A stretch of DNA of 32,000 nt from Ktedonobacterales bacterium (GTDB taxonomy: Bacteria; Chloroflexota; Ktedonobacteria; Ktedonobacterales; JADMIN01), in assembly GCA_030167145.1 (NCBI GenBank), contig CP126532.1, positions 3,150,001-3,182,000 of the forward strand, given 5' to 3'. The position numbers and the translations under genes were made by a program. Below the pieces are notes generated by a model that was not told the DNA's origin, made no database searches, and saw nothing but the letters and a program-made list of their open reading frames with translations. Position 1 is the first letter of the stretch; each line of letters begins with the position of its first letter. Shown here piece by piece: positions 27,756 through 32,000 of the stretch.

Positions 27756-30700
27756 ATGGCACGTCCCAACACCACCCACCCCTATCTCGCAGCCGCGCGC
27801 CAGCGCGTGCTCATCTATGACGGCGCAATGGGCACCCAGATCCACAGCCTCGGCCTCACCCCCGCCGACTACGGCGGCGATGCTTTCGACGGCTGCCCCG
27901 AAATCCTCGCCGTCAGCCGCCCCGACGCTATCCGCGACATCCACCGCGCGTATCTCGCCGCAGGCGCCGATGTCGTCGAAACCGACACCTTCACCGGCAC
28001 CCGCCTCAAGCTCGACGACTACGCCCTTGGCCCGCGCACCACTGAAATCAACCGTGCCGCCGCCGCACTTGCCCGCGCCGCCGCCGACGAGTTCGCCACC
28101 CCCGACCGCCCCCGCTTCGTCGCCGGTTCCATGGGTCCCACCGGCATGCTCCCCTCCTCCGACGACCCCTCGCTCAGCAACATCACCTACCAGCAACTTG
28201 CCGAACTCTACCGCGAACAGGCTGCCGCCCTCATCGCCGGTGGTGTAGACCTGCTGCTCATCGAAACCAGCCAGGACATCCTCGAAGTCCGCGCCGCCAT
28301 CACCGGTATCCGCCGCGCCTTCGCCGAAACTGGCCGCACCCTCCCCATTCAGGCCCAGGTCACGCTCGACACCAGCGGGCGCATGCTGCTTGGCACCGAC
28401 ATCGCCGCCGCCTCCACCATCCTGCTGCACCTGGGCGTAAACGTCATCGGCCTCAACTGCTCCACCGGACCCGAACATATGCGCGAGCCGGTGCGCTACC
28501 TCACCGATACCATCGCCCTACCCATCTCCACCATCCCCAATGCAGGTCTACCCCTCAACGTCAGCGGCAAAGCCGTCTACCCCATGCAGCCCGACCCTCT
28601 CGCCGAAGCGCTCGCCGCCTTCGTCAGCGAATTCGGCGTCAACATCATCGGCGGCTGCTGCGGCACCACCCCCGAACACATCAGCCGCATCGTCGCCCGC
28701 CTCGCCGACCTCAGCCCCGCGCAGCGCCATCGCCCGCTTGACCGCCTCGCCAACTTCACCGCCGCCACCCGCGCCTCTACCAACCTGCTCGTCGCTTCCG
28801 CCGTTCGCGCCACCACGCTCACCCAGAATCCCGCGCCGCTACTGGTGGGCGAGCGCGTCAACGCCCAGGGCAGCCGCAAGGTCAAGCAAGCCTTGCTCGC
28901 CGACGACTACGATACCCTGCTCCAGGTCGCTCGCGAGCAAGTGGATGGTGGCGCGCATGTGCTGGACGTGCAGACCGCGCTCACCGAGCGCGGCGACGAG
29001 GCCGAACAGATGCGCCGCGCCGTCAAGAAGCTCGAAATGGGCATCGAAGCCCCGCTCGTCATTGACACCACCGAGGCTAGCGTCGTGCAGGCCGCCCTCG
29101 AAACCTACCCCGGTCGCGCCGTCATCAACTCCGTCAACCTCGAAAACGGACGCCAGCGTGTAGATACCGTGCTGCCGCTGGCCCGCGAACATGGCTCCGC
29201 CGTCGTCGCCCTCACCATTGACGAAGAGGGCATGGCCAAGACCGCCGAACGCAAGCTCGCCATCGCCCGCCGCATCCACGAGATCGCCACCACCGAGTAC
29301 GGCTTGCTCCCCGAATCGCTGCTCTTCGACGCCCTCACCTTCCCCGTCACCACCGGCCAGGAAGACCTGCGCGACAGCGCCGTGCAGACCCTCGACGGCA
29401 TCCGCCGCATCAAAGCTGAACTCCCCGGCGTCCTCACCATCCTTGGCGTCAGCAACGTCTCCTTCGGCGTCGCGCCCCATGCCCGCGCCGCGCTCAATAG
29501 CGTCTTCCTCTACCACGCCGTCGAGGCCGGGCTGGATGCGGCTATCGTCAATCCCGCCCACATCACCCCCTACGCCGAAATCCCCGCTGCGGAGCGCCAA
29601 CTCTGCGACGATCTGCTCTTCAACCGCGACGCCGACGCCCTCCCGCGTTTCATCGCCTACTATGAGCAGCACGGCAGCACCGCTCCGAAAGAGGAGCGCG
29701 CCGACCCCACCGCTGGCATGACCGTAGACCAGCGTATCCACTACCAGATCCTGCACCGCAAGAAAGAGGACATCGAGAGCCTGGTAGACGCCGCCGTCGC
29801 CTACCGCGCCGCTGGCCTCGCCGCCGAAGACGCCACCCCTGGCCTGCGCGCCCCCGGCGTCCCCGATCTTATTTCCCCCTCTCCCCATGGGGGAGGGGGC
29901 CAGGGGGAGGGGTCCTGGGCCACTACTCCAGAGCTTTCGCGCTGCGCCGTTGACGTGCTCAACAACGTCCTGCTCCCTGCCATGAAAGATGTTGGCGACC
30001 GCTTCGGCGCGGGTGAATTGATTCTGCCGTTCGTGCTGCAATCCGCCGAGGTGATGAAGAAGTCCGTCGCCCACCTCGAACACTATCTCGAACGCACCGA
30101 GGGCTACACCAAAGGCCGCGTCGTGCTGGCCACCGTCTTCGGCGACGTGCATGACATCGGCAAAAACCTCGTCAACACCATCCTCTCCAACAACGGCTAC
30201 ACCGTCTACGACCTGGGCAAGCAGGTGCCGCTCAACACGATCATTGATAAAGCGCTTGAAGTCAACGCCGATGCCATTGGCCTCTCCGCCCTGCTGGTCA
30301 GCACCTCCAAGCAGATGCCGCTCTGCGTGCAAGAACTGGACCGCCGCCAACTCGATATTCCGGTCATCGTCGGCGGCGCGGCGATCAATCGCGCCTATGG
30401 TCGCCGCATTCTCTTCGTTGGCGAGAACAGCTCCGCGCATCCCTTCAGCCCCGGCGTCTACTATGCCCGCGACGCCTTCGAGGGCCTTGAATTGATGGAT
30501 GCGCTGATGAATCCCGACCAGCGCCCCGCGCTCGTAGATCGTGTGCGCAGCGAAGCCCTCACCGCCCGCGAAGCCGAAGCGCGCCGCCAGGCAGCGAGTA
30601 CCGCCACCTCTGCCATCCCGGCTGAGCGCCCGCAGGTTGCGCCTGCCCCCGCCGTGACGCCCCCGTTCTGGGGGCCGCGCCTGCTCGACCGCGTCGCCGT

Positions 30701-31400
30701 CGAAGACGTAGCGCGCTGCCTCGATATGAACGCGCTCTATCGCGGACGCTGGGGCGGCGTTGCCCACGGCGACGAATACACCCGCCTCGTCAACGAACAA
30801 TTCGCCCCGCGTCTTGAGCGGATGCTGCGCGAGGCGCGGCAGCGCCGCTGGCTGCATCCCCGCGCGGTCTACGGCTACTTCCCCACCCGCCCAGACGGCG
30901 ACGTCCTGCTCGTGCTCGACCCCAACGACCACGCGCGCACCTTGGAGCGCTTCACCTTCCCGCGTCAAACCGACGGCGAACGTCTCTGTCTGGCCGACTA
31001 CTTCGCCACCCCCGATGGCGCGCCAACCGCCGTCGCCTTCCAGGTGGTGACGATGGGCGACCGCGCCTCCGAGGAAACCGCGAAGTTACAGGCGGCAGGC
31101 GACTACTCCGAAGCCTACTTCCTCCACGGCCTCAGCGTGCAAATGGCCGAAGCCATGGCCGATTACGTGAACGAGCGTGTGCGCGCCGAGCTAGGCTTCA
31201 CCGGCGAGCAGGGGCGGCGCTATAGCTGGGGCTACGCCGCTATACCAGAGCTAGCCGACCACGAGCGCGTCTTCCGTCTGCTTGGCGTCCCCGAAGCCAT
31301 CGGCGTCACCCTCACCGAGTCCTACCAGCTCGTGCCGGAGCAATCCACCGCTGCCATCATCGTGCCCCACCCTGGCGCGGTCTACTTCGCCGTCCGTTAG
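27756..31400 (+). CDS. metH: Cobalamin-dependent methionine synthase
   Basis: All modules are present: Hcy-binding (GLNCSTGPEH, GGCCGTTPEH), pterin-binding, B12-binding (GDVHDIGKN...SALLVST...GGAA), and the AdoMet activation domain (RYSWGYAAIPE). 1214 aa. Confidence 0.95.
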   Translation: MARPNTTHPYLAAARQRVLIYDGAMGTQIHSLGLTPADYGGDAFDGCPEILAVSRPDAIRDIHRAYLAAGADVVETDTFTGTRLKLDDYALGPRTTEINRAAAALARAAADEFATPDRPRFVAGSMGPTGMLPSSDDPSLSNITYQQLAELYREQAAALIAGGVDLLLIETSQDILEVRAAITGIRRAFAETGRTLPIQAQVTLDTSGRMLLGTDIAAASTILLHLGVNVIGLNCSTGPEHMREPVRYLTDTIALPISTIPNAGLPLNVSGKAVYPMQPDPLAEALAAFVSEFGVNIIGGCCGTTPEHISRIVARLADLSPAQRHRPLDRLANFTAATRASTNLLVASAVRATTLTQNPAPLLVGERVNAQGSRKVKQALLADDYDTLLQVAREQVDGGAHVLDVQTALTERGDEAEQMRRAVKKLEMGIEAPLVIDTTEASVVQAALETYPGRAVINSVNLENGRQRVDTVLPLAREHGSAVVALTIDEEGMAKTAERKLAIARRIHEIATTEYGLLPESLLFDALTFPVTTGQEDLRDSAVQTLDGIRRIKAELPGVLTILGVSNVSFGVAPHARAALNSVFLYHAVEAGLDAAIVNPAHITPYAEIPAAERQLCDDLLFNRDADALPRFIAYYEQHGSTAPKEERADPTAGMTVDQRIHYQILHRKKEDIESLVDAAVAYRAAGLAAEDATPGLRAPGVPDLISPSPHGGGGQGEGSWATTPELSRCAVDVLNNVLLPAMKDVGDRFGAGELILPFVLQSAEVMKKSVAHLEHYLERTEGYTKGRVVLATVFGDVHDIGKNLVNTILSNNGYTVYDLGKQVPLNTIIDKALEVNADAIGLSALLVSTSKQMPLCVQELDRRQLDIPVIVGGAAINRAYGRRILFVGENSSAHPFSPGVYYARDAFEGLELMDALMNPDQRPALVDRVRSEALTAREAEARRQAASTATSAIPAERPQVAPAPAVTPPFWGPRLLDRVAVEDVARCLDMNALYRGRWGGVAHGDEYTRLVNEQFAPRLERMLREARQRRWLHPRAVYGYFPTRPDGDVLLVLDPNDHARTLERFTFPRQTDGERLCLADYFATPDGAPTAVAFQVVTMGDRASEETAKLQAAGDYSEAYFLHGLSVQMAEAMADYVNERVRAELGFTGEQGRRYSWGYAAIPELADHERVFRLLGVPEAIGVTLTESYQLVPEQSTAAIIVPHPGAVYFAVR

Positions 31401-31420
31401 ATCGCATTCGACACGAAATA

Positions 31421-31445
31421 GCCCCCAACCGCAATGGTTGGGGGC
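31421..31445. terminator. Hairpin between convergent metH and the S53 peptidase gene
   Basis: 10-bp stem GCCCCCAACC (31421-31430) / GGTTGGGGGC (31436-31445) with a 5-nt loop. The minus-strand side is followed by TATTTCG. There is no T tract on the plus strand. Confidence 0.5.
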
Positions 31446-31483
31446 CGTAAGAATAGTAGCGCGTCTTCCGCACTACGGCTGAG

Positions 31484-32000
31484 CTACGGTTGGCTTGCCA
31501 TCGCCGGCACAAAGTTCGGCGCATTCGGCGAACCCACGCCGGTCACGTCGTCCCAGCCCGCGCCAGTCGCCAGCGAGCTATCCTGGTTGAAGGTGGGAGC
31601 GAAGAACCTGCCGCTATAGCGGCTGCCATAGTACAGCAGGAATGCACTGGCGTCACCGCTCACCGGATTGCCAACTCCCGTCGGCGGCGCGCTGACATCA
31701 TTGGTCGCGCCAGCGGGCAGCCCATAGAGGTACTGCGTCGCCAGCCCCGCCGGAGCCAGGTGGTTGTTCGCGCGCATCTGGTTGACCAGCGCCATGATGC
31801 CAGAGAAGAGCGGGCAGGCGAGGCTGGTGCCGCCATACGGCTCGATCTCTGGGCTGGTGTCGCCAACAGACTGATCGGTGATAAAGACGTTCATGCCTGT
31901 ATATGGATCTGCCAGCATCGAGACATCCGGCACCGCACGATGCGAGCCGACCACACCGAAGCCGCTGGCCGTCGCCCCGCTGATCGCGGCTTGCTGCCAG
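31484..32000 (-). CDS. S53 (sedolisin/kumamolisin-like) serine peptidase, C-terminal part (5' end outside window)
   Basis: RAVPDVSMLADPYTG, catalytic-Ser motif GGTSLACPLFSG, and C-terminal GWDDVTGVGSPNAPNF. The frame stays open to the window edge. Confidence 0.75.
   Translation of the reverse strand, partial: WQQAAISGATASGFGVVGSHRAVPDVSMLADPYTGMNVFITDQSVGDTSPEIEPYGGTSLACPLFSGIMALVNQMRANNHLAPAGLATQYLYGLPAGATNDVSAPPTGVGNPVSGDASAFLLYYGSRYSGRFFAPTFNQDSSLATGAGWDDVTGVGSPNAPNFVPAMASQP

Noticed and set aside
28839-30968. 709-aa ORF on the minus strand
   Set aside because: It is entirely antisense to metH, whose identity is unambiguous. The product is Gly/Ala/Val/Asp-rich low-information sequence, typical of GC-rich shadow frames, and no SD or start context was found.

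Overview
High-GC bacterial chromosomal window, possibly Chloroflexota-like (a low-confidence guess from protein and repeat flavour). No similarity search was possible.

Housekeeping backbone:
- dxr-rseP-ispG on the minus strand
- gcdH-like acyl-CoA dehydrogenase
- a HAD hydrolase
- coaBC and nrdR on the minus strand
- an amino-acid ABC transporter (binding protein, permease, ATPase)
- metH
- a partial S53 peptidase at the right edge

The left third (1-10.2 kb) looks accessory:
- an APH-like phosphotransferase cut by the window edge
- a secreted papain-fold (C39-like) cysteine peptidase. Its 5' coding end carries a 76-nt tetranucleotide microsatellite, (CCAA)7(TCAA)12, behind a near-consensus sigma70 promoter
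- two small membrane proteins
- an NpmA/Kam-family 16S rRNA m1A1408 methyltransferase homolog
- a translationally coupled three-gene operon: a VWA-like lipoprotein, an 829-aa polytopic membrane protein, and a 510-aa soluble paralog of the membrane protein's cytoplasmic domain. The shared domain has FtsZ/tubulin-like motif order but a degenerate G-box.

The rRNA locus is aberrant. On the minus strand it reads promoter, 16S, tRNA-Ile(GAU), tRNA-Ala(UGC), 5S, 5S, terminator. There is no 23S gene, and the two 5S copies are identical and tandem.

Other observations:
- a Phd/YefM-type antitoxin followed by a truncated VapC (PIN) remnant
- an orphan UPF0175-type antitoxin-like gene abutting metH
- a dispersed 25-nt hairpin repeat in three intergenic regions
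- an in-frame insertion of about 45 codons, rich in G-runs and C-runs, in the metH cap domain

Many long ORFs antisense to real genes are GC-driven shadow ORFs and were rejected. RNA ends and alternative start codons are uncertain by a few nt or codons.
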